A stretch of DNA of 64,000 nucleotides from Octopus bimaculoides (taxonomy: Eukaryota). The stretch spans positions 147,942,081-148,006,080 of the forward strand of contig NC_068981.1 in NCBI RefSeq assembly GCF_001194135.2, given 5' to 3'. Position numbers and translations under genes: made by a program. Below are positions 49,158 through 61,809 of this stretch, piece after piece. The notes under the pieces are model-generated. The model saw only the letters and a list, made by a program, of their open reading frames with translations. It was not told the DNA's origin and made no database searches. The stretch's first letter is position 1. Each line of letters opens with the position of its first letter.

Positions 49158-50380
49158 TCAGGTCATCCTATAAGTTCTGTCCAATTTTATCTTTTTTTAA
49201 AATTGAATGAAATTTAATAGTATCTTAGAATGTCTAATGGAATTAAAAATTATTTTTATGCATTTGTGTACATTTAAACTAATTAAAAATTATTTTACAG
49301 AATAATAGAATTAAAATTTCTTTGATTAAAACCCTTTCTAACATGGAAGTATCCAAAGAGCATTTGAGGCACATAATGCTTTATGAGTACAAAAAAGGAA
49401 ACTCTGCAGCCGAAGTGACTTGAAACATATACTCAGTTTATAGGAAAGAATGCTTGAATGAAAGAACTTGCAGAAGATGGTTTGAAAAATTCAGAAGTGG
49501 AGATTTCAACCTTGAAGATGAAGATCGAACAGGACATCNNNNNNNNNNNNNNNNNNNNNNNNNNNNNNNNNNNNNNNNNNNNNNNNNNNNNNNNNNNNNN
49601 NNNNNNNNNNNNNNNNNNNNNNNNNNNNNNNNNNNNNNNNNNNNNNNNNNNNNNNNNNNNNNNNNNNNNNNNNNNNNNNNNNNNNNNNNNNNNNNNNNNN
49701 NNNNNNNNNNNNNNNNNNNNNNNNNNNNNNNNNNNNNNNNNNNNNNNNNNNNNNNNNNNNNNNNNNNNNNNNNNNNNNNNNNNNNNNNNNNNNNNNNNNN
49801 NNNNNNNNNNNNNNNNNNNNNNNCTTCATGGGAAAAAGGTTCTTCTCTCTTCTGGTGGGATTGCAAAGGAGTAATTCACTTTGAATTGTTACCACTTAAT
49901 GCAACAATCAATGCTGAAGTCTACTGTCAGCAATTAGAGCATTTGAACCAAGCTTTGAAGAAAAAAAGACCTGCTTTTGGGAATCGAAAAGGAGTGATGT
50001 TTCATCAGGACAATGCGCGACCCCACATTGCAAAGATCACATCACAGAAGATTGAAGAGCTTGGTTGTGAAAAAATTCCTCATCCATCTTATTCTCCCAA
50101 CCTTGCTCCTTCAGACTACCATTTGTTTTGTAGTTTACAGAATTATTTGGGGGACATAACTTTCACATGTCAGGAGGAGTGGGAAACTGACATTTCAGAG
50201 TTCTTCGCTTTGAAACCAAAAGAGTTTTACATTGATGGGATTAAAGAGATTGTAAATAGATGGAAATAAGTCATAGATAATCAGAGAAAGTACATTGATG
50301 ATTAAATTTCAATTAAATATTACATTTGATCACTTGTTTTCTTTATTCAAAATTTGGACAGAACTTATGGGATGACCTGA
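49158..50380 (+). mobile_element. mariner (D,D34D) transposon with both TIRs and TA TSD
   Basis: 27-bp TIRs tcaggtcatcctataagttctgtccaa / ttggacagaacttatgggatgacctga (1 mismatch); TA at 49156-49157 and 50381-50382. Confidence 0.95.
49343..50305 (+). pseudogene. mariner transposase, premature stops, central part in gap
   Basis: MEVSKEHLRHIMLYEYKKG...RRWFEKFRSGDFNLED; HQDNARPH to SDYHLF with 34 residues between the Asps; YSPNLAP motif; a stop early in the N-terminus and one at 50267. Confidence 0.9.
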
Positions 50381-51333
50381 TAATTTATGATTGACTTCTA
50401 ATCTTGAAGATGGTGACATTCTATTAGCTAGTTGACAATGATATGTTTGACTCTCTACATTGTTGCTCAAACCCGCTAGATATAACAGTCAAATTTTCCT
50501 GTAACACACTAACATCTTAAAAAGGAAGAACATATAATATAACAGAGTCCGAGATAAGCTCTCACCATCATTTTATGTTTGTTTTACAGCCTCTGCCATT
50601 TGTTGTGTTCCTTTTTAATCTGGCATACATTGCAAAAGAGAAAACTGGCCATCTTTGTTTTTGTGTATATGGTTTGGGGGGGGGGCGTGATTTTTAGAAG
50701 CTAGATGCCCTTCTTGTCACCAACCATTTTGCAATGTCAGAATAAGAGTCGGGATAATCATAGCTGGACTACATTTAATCATAGGCTTGCTCAATGTGAG
50801 GGCTAACACTAGACTGAACAACATTTGAAAAACTATGCACCTTTTCATTTACCAAACAGAAAAGGACAGAAAACTTTAATATTCTAAATTAACAAAGTAT
50901 AATACATTAGTTATTGCTATTGTTTAGCCCCAGGTCGTCCATGATCAAGCAGACCTATTATCATCCCAACCATGAGATCTCGGATTCAGTCCAACTCTGA
51001 CACCTTGAACAAGTTTCTTCCACTGTAGCCCCAGTCTGACCAAAGCCTTGTGATTGGATTTGGTAGGCAGAAACTGAAAGAATCCTGTCATACATACATG
51101 CACAAATACACACATACATACACATGCATAACATCATCATTATCATTTAATGCCTGTTTTCCATGCTGGCATGGGTTGGATGGTTTGACCAGAGCTGGCA
51201 AGCAGGAGAGCTGCACCAAGCTCCAGTCTGATTTGGCTTGATTTCTCCAGCTGTATTTGTGTGTACCCTTGTCTAACCAACATGTGATGCTTGTAAATGA
51301 GCATTATAGTCTTGTAAGTGAGGTTGTCCATTT

Positions 51334-52402
51334 TCAATTTTCCATGATAACCATGTCTCATCTCACCATGAGGAAATATTACTTTGCTTAGAAACAAATG
51401 AGGATTGGTGACAGGAAGAATATCTGACCATTAAAAAAAATTTACCTCATCAAATTCCATTTGACCTATGCAAGTATGGAAAGAAGAACTTAGATGAGGC
51501 NNNNNNNNNNNNNNNNNNNNNNNNNNNNNNNNNNNNNNNNNNNNNNNNAATTCAACATTGTATCTAGAACTACATTATTCCAATGTCTTTTATAAGATGG
51601 TAGAGTGTGATTTGAAAGGGATATACTGTCATTTCTATTTCATCCTTTGTTTGTTAGTCCCAAGTTACCCCTGATTGAGTAAACCTATGATCATGACATT
51701 CCAGTTGTAATCATTTTATCTTCTTGTATATCTCAGAGTACAATGTGCCCTTCCCTTATTTTTTTAAAGATAGTAGGATGGTGTAATTTGAACCTAGCAT
51801 TGACTCATATAGATGCTCTTAAAATGGTTCAAATTCACTGTTTTTAAAAGTGATCTCTTAGAAACTATCCTTTCTAAATGAACTTGTAGGTTAATTGGAA
51901 TACATCTAACTCTTTAGCATTCAGAATACTCTGTGAAATGTAATGCTTATTTATTCACATTGTTTTGAATTAATCATGCATTATCTCATAACTTTCAGAT
52001 TTTGACGATGTGATTGTTTATTTTTAGAATGTCACTGTAGGGTAGATGTGAGTGGTCAGCTCTGCTCAATTTTCCATGATAACCATGTCTCATCTCACCA
52101 TGAGGAAATATTACTTTGCTTAGAAACAAATGAGGATTGGTGACAGGAAGAATATCTGACCATTAAAAAAAATTTACCTCATCAAATTCCATTTGACCTA
52201 TGCAAGTATGGAAAGAAGAACTTAGATGAGGCTGATGGTGATCCATCTTTAATGACAATTCCATCTTTAATTCAACATTGTATCTAGAACTACATTATTC
52301 CAATGTCTTTTATAAGATGGTAGAGTGTGATTTGAAAGGGATATACTGTCATTTCTATTTCATCCTTTGTTTGTTAGTCCCAAGTTACCCCTGATTGAGT
52401 AA
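51334..52402 (+). repeat. Identical 337-bp direct duplication (51334-51682 and 52066-52402)
   Basis: The sequenced parts are identical by eye; the first copy contains a 48-N gap where the second has 36 nt. Confidence 0.9.
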
Positions 52403-52456
52403 GACAGGTAGAATATTTAGGATTGATATGGCCAGTTCAAACATTATAAGGTTTAA
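51906..52456. mobile_element. Probable TTAA-type (piggyBac-like) MITE interrupted by the duplicated segment
   Basis: Degenerate ends taactctttagcatt... and ...aacattataaggtttaa; the family assignment is from memory of similar elements. Confidence 0.4.
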
Positions 52457-53079
52457 AATGAACGGGAAGAATAATGGAAAGGAATAAGAATGAATACTGA
52501 TAGGTAATCATTAAAAAGAGGTTAATACCTAAGTATGACTGGAAGCCTAACAAAAGCCAGCTTGGTTTTTTGGTTCTTATAAAACCTGATATTAATGGTA
52601 TATTGATTAGAGGTCTTCTTCAACCATGTATCCCACCAGTGAACACACACACATACACACTATCTCTCTTTCTTTCTTTGTCTCTCTCTTCCTCTCTCTA
52701 TTTCTATTTCCCTTAACGACCAGTTTTGTAAGTATTATCTATAAAAGACATTCTAATTACTGTTCTGAATATTTGATCTTTACAGAAAGATTAATTTAAA
52801 GAATACTTCGTTCATGATTGGACATCTTAATGTATTGTAATGATGATAATTATTCTTTACATCAGTAAAAAAAAAATCACACATTTGTATGTGAGTCAGA
52901 ATAAAACCAGTATATAACTGGTATGTATTTTGTCAAGTATGGAGGAATGAAAAACTGAGTTAACTCCAGTAAAAAAAAAAATTTAATTAAATACTCTAAA
53001 GCATTTAGTATAGCAAATTATCATTCTTGTTACACAACTGCCTAATAATAATAATTCTTTCTAATTATAAGCACAAGTT

Positions 53080-53450
53080 TCATTGTCCTGTGCACATCTT
53101 GGATAAGTTCATCTGACAGCACTTCCATGCCTGTAGAGTTTATCTTGAACTAGTAGCAGCCCTCGGCAGCACTGCTAGGCCAAGGACATCAGCAGTCATG
53201 GTGTGCCAAGCCCATCACACCAATGGAGCTGGTTGTAGATGACTGCCTGATCAGTCAAAAAGTTAAAGAATAAGTACTCCAAGAAGGTCAGATGAAAACT
53301 AAAGTAGGGCATGATGGCCACGTGTTAAATGATGACAGAGGTGATACAAGGATTTGCCACCTCTGCCCAATCTTTCTGTCAGCACATTTCTTGGGTGAGA
53401 CTGGCCATCCTGCTCATCACCTCATCTCAGTTTTAGTCCACCCACAACTG
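53080..53450 (-). mobile_element. Tx1/L1-clade LINE C-terminal fragment
   Basis: Minus strand gives EVMSRMASLTQ...AEVANPCITSVII, GLGTP.LLM and DKLYRHGSAV...YPRCAQDNET (decayed CCHC knuckle region). Confidence 0.5.
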
Positions 53451-55730
53451 GGCATGGCTCCAGAATGGTTTTATGGTTTTGAGAGGTCATAAGGACTTGC
53501 AGATCCATGCTGATCTTTCTTCAACACATCATCTCCCATCTCTTTAGCTCTCACAACCCACCCATATTGTGCTATAAAGGTGACAAGTCAAGGATTACTG
53601 TCACTCACAATCACCCTTGTGTTGCACTAAGCCATATGTTACGGTACAAGTGTATGGGCAGGTGTGGATCATACCACTTCAGCCTGCTACTTGGCCTTTT
53701 CCTCAACAGAACTGCTTTGCTATGTTCAATAGACATTGTTCTATACGTCTGCCTGTGCCAGTTTCAATTCATCTTTTGATTTTTAGGGTACATACAAAAG
53801 GTGCCTCCTATTCTTGGACAAGGGGAGCATATTTTTTCATGATGTAGTCCTTTCAAGCTTGTGTTTCTAACAGGAACCTCTCAAGTCCAGAATCTCTCTG
53901 TTGGCTGCATTGCTTGCTAACATGTATGTGGAAAGCTTTGTGTTGCTACTGTTATTGTTGTTGTTGTTGATTTAAGTCTTCAAATCAACTCTCATTTGCG
54001 TCAAAAACACCAGATATGTATTTTTTTTACATTAGTATTTTCTTTTATAAACTTTTTCTGTTTTCATGTGTTGTCTCTGTGAATGCATTTGTTCATTGAG
54101 AGGGCATGTCATGTTGACATTTTGTACTGAATGTCAGCTAGCAAAAAGATATTTTCAAAACGACTGTTTTTTTTTTTCCTCCAGAAAATATGACAGTGAA
54201 AAAAATGAAGAAACAACCTCCTCAACTTCTTAATTAATAATTTTTCACAATGTGACTCATAAATAATAATCCAATTTATAGAAACTTGACAAAATGTAAT
54301 CCATAAACTAAAGCACAAGCAAAAACGTCTTGCCAAAGTATAGCTCTCTGTAAAAAACTGAAACCAGTCTTACATCTTCAACAAAACCAAAATTAACAAA
54401 ATGGCTGCTGGATGGGAAAATATCATAATTCCCAAAAACAAAAAGCACCAGAGACTTCCCCAAAGCTTCATGTCTGTGACTTGTGCATAACAATCTCTGG
54501 AATTCTTTTCCTAAGCATGTTTTTTCAGCAAAACTTGAACTACATAATGTTATCACCACTATCATCATTGTGTAATGTCCACTTTTCCATGCTTGCATGA
54601 ATCAAACGGAATTTATGGAGGAAGATTTTTCTTAAGGCTGGATGCCTTTCCTGTTACCAATCCTCACTATTTCCAAACAAGGTAATATTTCCCCATGGCC
54701 AGACATGTTTCTCATGGAAGACTGAAAATGAACAAAATTGCTTGTATGAAAGTGACACACATTTACAATCATCATATGACAAGATACACACATACACACA
54801 CAAATATATATGTACACACGTACTATATATATATAATAAATAATATATATATATGATAATTAATACATATATATANNNNNNNNNNNNNNNNNNNNNNNNN
54901 NNNNNNNNNNNNNNNNNNNNNNNNNNNNNNNNNNNNNNNNAGACAAAGAACTCTTCATTAGTTGTTGGCTGTCTATCTACTCCTCATTTCGAGTAATCAA
55001 TGACAATGTGAGTCTTCAAAGACAGTTGCTCCCATAAATTTTTAAATAAAATTTAGGATTTATGGAGTATTAAAGTTGGGAACAAAAATATGACAGTGGA
55101 GACATACAAGAAATGAGAGGAAAATAGTGAACACTGGGAGAAATAATTTTTTTGAAAAGAGAAAAGATAGAAGAGATAGAAAAAAACACGTCTGCTCTTT
55201 TGAACATCTGTGCAGGAAAAGGAAGATGGTCCTGTGAGGAAAAGAAAGATGGACAATGGTCATGTGTGAGCAACGAGAGAGAGAGAGAGAGAGAAAGAGA
55301 GAAAGAGGGAGAGAGAGAGAGACATATAGAAAACGGTGGAAGAGGGAGGGGAGAAAAAAGGAATTAGAGAAAGATGGAGAAAGAAAACAGTATAGAGTAG
55401 AGAGTCGCATCAAAAAGGTGAAGACAAACTTACTTGACAATGGATGTGTCAAACGCAGGTGTTATTCAAATCATACATTTATATATATATGACAGGCTTC
55501 TTTCAGTTTCCATCTCCCAAATCCACTCACAAGGCTTTGGTCAGCTTGATTTTATAGCTGTAATGATGATTAGTTTTTACTAGCACATTTGCAGGTGAGT
55601 CAGAACAAACCAGTATATAGCTTGTATGTATTTTATCAAGTGTATAAGTGTGAAAAACAAAACTGACTGCACAAAAAAAAAAGAAAAATGAAATACTCTA
55701 AAGCATTTAGTATGGCAATTTATCAAACAG

Positions 55731-55950
55731 AATATCAATCACGTTAATCATAAGGAGAAGGCCTTTAAATAGCAGGAGCACTGAACAACTGACAAAATCA
55801 GAACATCAATCACATTAGTCATAAGGAAAAGGCCTTCAAATATCAGGAGCACTGCCCCTCTTCCACTGACTAACTTACAAAACAGAACATCACATCAACC
55901 ACAAGGGGAAAGCCTTTAAAAATCAGGAGTAATGACCCTCCTCCACAGAC
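55731..55950 (+). repeat. Diverged minisatellite, 3 units of ~70-83 bp
   Basis: Units begin cagaa(t/c)atca at about 55728, 55800 and 55882 and share aaggcctt(t/c)aaat..caggagcactg. Confidence 0.8.
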
Positions 55951-58597
55951 TAGCTTACAAAATATATAAAACAACAACTTTGTATTGTTTTTTTTTTTCA
56001 TGCTGTGCCTCTTTATGGCCTTGTAACTTAGCTATTTGACAAATAAGAGAAATCATTAAGCATCAAACTGAAATAAGTATTTGGGTCGATATGGTTACCT
56101 GAAATCCTTGATGACTGTGCCCCAACATAGTCACGATTTTATGACAAACCAGTTAAAGAATAAAAATTATCTAGGTATTTATTCTTTCTACATAGAAAAC
56201 TTTAGTAATTCATACAGGAGAAAACAATTTCACCTTCTAAATAATTATTATATTTGTTATTTATTGATTCAGAAACCAAAAGAAATCCTAACTGATATAT
56301 CAAAATATGAAAATCAAATGTATATTGTCAGTGTAACTTTAGAATAAAAATAAGGATAGGCGTGGTGATACACTGTGCAAAATAGAAAAACACCAAATGT
56401 GACAGAATACTGGAGAAATCATATAAAAGTACTTCTATAGCTATTTGGGTAATATCCTAAGAATGGTGAAATAGTAGAAATTGATATCTTACAATAGCAA
56501 TAATGGGGGTGGAAGGAATCATTCAAAAGAAAGGATTTTGAAGCAAAAACAATATAAAAAATAGAAAAACCAGAGTCTTTGTCAAAGAGTTCTTGTTTTG
56601 GATAGAAACAAATTATTGATTATGTTTGATGAATTTATGTTGATAGTTGAGAGAGAGAGATGGTAATAAAGAAGAGAGAGAGAGCAGGGAGAGGAGAGAA
56701 GATATATAAGAGAGAGGAGTGATAATGGATGAAAAAAAAGGGGTGGGATGAAAACAGATAAAAGAGATGGTAGTGAAGATAGATGAAAAAGTAAGGAGTA
56801 ATGTGAAAGTGAGACAAGAGAGAGAGAGAGTGAGGAGCGAATGAAAGTGAGTAAAAATGAGTGAAAGAGTAAAAATGAGCTGGAGAGATAGTGTGAAACA
56901 GAAGAGAAAAAGAAACTGAGTGAAAAGAGAAAGGAAATAAAGAAAGAAAAACCAAGACTGAAAGGTTGAATCATAAATAGACAGAAGAAACACAGGAAAA
57001 TTGAGAAGTATATAGAAAGATCTAAATGTTGGAAGTTTTTACAGCTTTAGTTGTGGCAATGGTGTAGGTGGTTTTTTTTCTTCATAGATGAGGTCAGTGA
57101 AGAGATCATTACATTGGGTTATTTGATTGAAGGGAGAGATTAGTTTAGTGACAATTTGACTGATGAATGGAAATGTATACAAGTGTGTACATGCGCACAT
57201 ATATGTGTGTGTGTGTGTGTGTGTGTGTCTTTGTGTTTATGCTTGTTCCCCACCACTGCTTGTGTTGGTCTGTTTACGCCCTCATGACTTAGTGGTTTGA
57301 CAAAAACAGACTGATAATATATGTACCAGGCTTTAAAAACAATAATAAATACTGGGGTTAAGTTGTTGACTAAAACTTATCATGGTGTGTCTCAGCAAAT
57401 GAAAGATAAAAGATAAAAGTTCTTTCAACTTCAGAGAAATACTAAATAAATAGCTAAGAAAAAAAGAAATAACTGCAGATCAGAACTAAAATTGCCCTTT
57501 TCTGCAAAAGAAGCTAACATTAGCACAACTGAATATTTTCGCTCTGCCTTTTCCTTGAGTTTGGTGTAATCAACCTGACAAACTAAGCTAAATTTTCTGA
57601 GTTATATAGAAAAAAATTTTGTTTTGTAAAATTTCTGCAAAATTTTAACTTATTTTTGATAAAAATGCTAATTACCTTCATTCTGAAATATAAAATATTC
57701 TTTTGATAAAAAGTATTTTTTGCAAGAAATAACTTATAATCTTCAAAAATCATTGCAATTTTTGCCTTAATCAATGGAAAATATATAAAACTGAAAGAAC
57801 ATGGTTAAATTTACTTGAAATTATTCAATTAATTTTTGCAGAATATTCCATAACAACCTCAGCCAACAATATTTTTTTTTCTCCTAACATCCAGAATTTC
57901 ATTTTTTTAATCTACAAATAACATCAAATCATTTATGCATATTCATTTCTCAATCTACAAGAAGCATCAAATCTTTTTCACTATTTCTTCTTCAAGATAA
58001 TAATGAAAAAAAATTAAAACCTCAAAGCTTAAATTAAAATAATTCAAATGAATATTTAGTGTTTTTGTTAATTTTGAAAAGTATACACATTGTGATCGAT
58101 CACTTCTATTCTACAATATATTGATTTATGTTTCCCAACTAAATTCTGCTTATCATTTCAGTATCTTTNNNNNNNNNNNNNNNNNNNNNNNNNNNNNNNN
58201 NNNNNNNNNNNNNNNNNNNNNNNNNNNNNNNNNNNNNNNNNNNNNNNNNNNNNNNNNNNNNNNNNNNNNNNNNNNNNNNNNNNNNNNNNNNNNNNNNNNN
58301 NNNNNNNNNNNNNNNNNNNNNNNNNNNNNNNNNNNNNNNNNNNNNNNNNNNNNNNNNNNNNNNNNNNNNNNNNNNNNNNNNNNNNNNNNNNNNNNNNNNN
58401 NNNNNNNNNNNNNNNNNNNNNNATTCAATTATCAAATGAGAATTTGATATTGAATCGCATTTTAGTCTGTTCTTTTTTTTTTTTTTTAACCAGAATGTGA
58501 TCTTAATCGTATTTTTATTAATTTTAATTTTTACATTTAAAATGCATTTTTCAGAATCCTTCAACAACCTACATCAGTGAAATTGACTGCCTATTTA

Positions 58598-58643
<46 letters not shown>

Positions 58644-58840
58644 TCTTCACCACCACTAGACAACCAGTGCTGGTGTGTTTACGTCCTTGTAACTTAGCGG
58701 TTTGGCAAAAGAGTCTGGTACAATAGATACCAGGCTTAAAAAAGATAAGTGCTGGGGTGGATTGATTCGACTAAAATATTCTTCAAGGTGGTACTCCAGC
58801 ATGACCACAGTTTAATGGCTGAAACAAGTAAAAGAAAATG
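58598..58840 (+). mobile_element. 3' half of the 34019-family SINE starting at an expanded (GT)n
   Basis: (GT)n then tttgtcttcaccaccactagacaacc...ctccagcatgaccacag...gaaacaagtaaaag; a similar half lies at 57200-57420. Confidence 0.8.
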
Positions 58841-59622
58841 ATAAAAATGTTAACCATTGTCCAAGTCTTCTAAGCCAATTATATACATTCACATTCAACA
58901 CACTACTAATGCTATAATCTAATAATCCTCAAAGAGCTCACCAAAGTTGTTGTTTAGCCATAGGTCAGCCTTGATCATCCTAGCATTTGATTAAAGGCAT
59001 TTTAGGGCTATGTAGAACAACATTGTCCAGTGTGTATTTCTTCCTTTTTTAAGGTAAAAAATGTAATCTAAGGGAAATTTGACTGGTTGCTAATTCTAGC
59101 AAACTGCACAAACACTCAGAGAGGCAATCTCACATTGCTTCATGGTTTACCAGAGTTTATGCCACTGCTACACTGGCAAAATACCCTAAATTAACTGTTC
59201 TAGTTTCATACCACCATTTTTATTCTTTAGTTTATAAAAGCTTAAAATTATTAGCTGAATTATGAAAATAAATTTTCATTTTTTATTCAGTTTGCAAGAT
59301 TCTTGATGTGAACTCGTGTGTTAAAACATATTTTGTTTTATCTTGGAAGAGTCATTTTGCCAATAATAAACATAAACTGGTTCTATTTCACTTATTTATT
59401 TTCCATATATCAATTGGTTAACCATTTAATCAATTAACTAATCAATTGTTTGATTAAACATTCAGTCAATAAATCAGTCGGATGGGTTTGTCAAAATCCT
59501 TTATTTGCCATTTGCAACTTTATCAGTGACATGTCCTTTCTGCTCCAGGTCTTTTTTAGTTCTGTCTGCCTGTCTCCTAGTTTACAGGTTCTGTATTTAT
59601 ATGGTTGTGAGAATGTATGAGG

Positions 59623-59684
<62 letters not shown>

Positions 59685-59916
59685 AAGAAAAAGAGGAGAG
59701 AGTGTGTATTTATCAAATTATGAATTTATTTTTTATTAATGCAAAATAATAGAAACCTTAATGGAAATAAGTTTGTAGATACTCATGCAACATAACTTCA
59801 TGGTTATCATTGATAAATTACAGGTAATATAATTTATCTAACTAAATATGTATAGCTATGAGAACTATGTCTCCTTCACAGACTATTAAATATATAGTAA
59901 AAATTGCTGCTTTTAG

Positions 59917-60055
59917 AAAAATGAAAGAAAATCTGTTTGGTGAACTGTCTGTTAAAGAGTACTTTGCAAAATCAAAGGAAATAGCAGAAATACTGATATC
60001 ACTTCTTAGAGAAGTCTTTAATCAGATGGACTTTTATCCAAATGACCTTTGTGTG
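59917..60055 (+). CDS. Candidate penultimate exon of an unidentified gene (KMKENLFGELSVKEYFAKSKEIAEILISLLREVFNQMDFYPNDLCV)
   Basis: tgctgcttttag acceptor, 46 open codons, gtg|gtaaga phase-0 donor compatible with the 61434 exon. Confidence 0.5.
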
Positions 60056-60469
60056 GTAAGACATTGCTGTTATGTATTGCAATTCTACATGTCTCTTCTG
60101 TGACCACATTTCATTTCCACACATTTCATCAATCGATGTCTCTTCAGTAGAAACAATCACTTGAGGAACAAATAATATTTGGATGAATAGTTAAGATGCT
60201 CATTTTGCATTCATGTGGTTTCAGGTTCAGTCCCACAGAGCAGCACCTCAGGCAATGTCTTCTACAATAGCCATCAGAAATTGTGAGAAAGTCTGTCACA
60301 TGTGCACACTTAAAAATAAGTACTGAAGTCAATTTGTTTGATTAAAACCCTTCAAAGCAATGCCCCAGCTTGGTTGCAGTTCAGTAAGTAAACCAAAAGA
60401 TAAATATCATAAGTCTAATAAAATCACAGAGATGAGGAGAGAAGGGGACAGAAAGAGACAGAAATAGAT

Positions 60470-60472
60470 AGG

Positions 60473-60540
<68 letters not shown>
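60470..60540. repeat. (GATA)n then (GA)n microsatellite
   Basis: Direct reading of the sequence; another (GATA)n lies at about 61765-61808. Confidence 0.95.
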
Positions 60541-60546
<6 letters not shown>

Positions 60547-60779
60547 TAGGAATATCCTTGGATATACAACTCTGGAAGTTTTAACATTTCACCATGGTGA
60601 GATGTTAGCAGCCATACGAAAGCATTAAAAAGATATTTAAACTTGTAAAACTCGAAAGTTTTCCAGAAAATAAAATAGTTTCATGAATTTGAAAAAAATG
60701 TAATATAATAAAATAAAATAAAAACAGATTATAACTGGAGGGGAGTGACACCTACACAACCTGACTAAGTATAACCAAA

Positions 60780-61761
60780 TCAAAACAAACCGAGCTCCAG
60801 ACAGATTCAAATGCTGCTAGGAATCCAGTAAAAGTGTAGCATAGAGAGGCAACAGTGCTGACAATGTTTTCCCGAGCCAACAAGGGAATTGCTGATAACT
60901 CGATACATTAGAAATAGCAGCCAAATCTCTCTCAAATTGTACCCTACCGTCTTAAAAAAAGGGGTAGGAAACAGATAAAGTAATCGCATGTAAACGTTTG
61001 AATATGTAAACGAATTATAAGGACAAGATGATCACAACTGGATCCCTTTTGGTATAAGGTTAGACAACACAATGTTTCCGGATATAGATACAAGGTCAAC
61101 TTTTATTTAGTGGTGAGAATACAGCCGAAAATTCATATACAATAGTCGGAAATTATCTACTGCGCCAAAGACTTTATGTCCCATCCAAAACCATTTTCTG
61201 TAGATGTTTTTCAGTTTTGACTTTTTACGAATTTTTTTCAAAGTTATATTACAAAGTAAGGTTTAAAAAAAAAAAAAAAAAAAAAAAAAGAATCACACTC
61301 TCAAATGTTTAAAAGATAAACGTAAACATTTTTTTCTAAAAGTAGTCAAAACTTTAAAATTACGGAAGGACTGAGAGGTAAAATCTCCCCATCCATGTTT
61401 CTTTCTTTCCTATCTTTCTTTTATTTTTGTCAGAATCATACTCTTGGGATTTCCTTGCTTTTATCATTGAGAACAATAGATTTAGCTGGTGGTCTTGTTA
61501 TCTCTATTCTAGATTTTGGTGATGTAGAAGAGGTTAGAAAGGGTCAAGTGGTGAAGACATTGTTTCGGCCAAACTAAAGGCATCTAGAAAACATTAAACT
61601 GCTGTCAGAGAAAAACCATTGTTCCACCGTGGGGAAAAGTTCTGTTGCAGTGTTGATTTAAATTTGGCTATAGTGGATCGAATCCACTTCACGCATGCAA
61701 GGTCCACTACATATGTATATATATACATATATGTATGTATATATATAATATCTCTCTCTAT

Positions 61762-61809
<48 letters not shown>

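Noticed and set aside
54941-55030. Ribozyme-like motif in the repeat beside the gap
   Set aside because: No CUGANGA core and no stem II pairing.
10404-59723. Many track ORFs made of poly-X or CV/TH/YI/SL/RE repeats
   Set aside because: They are artefacts of N gaps and microsatellites, not proteins.
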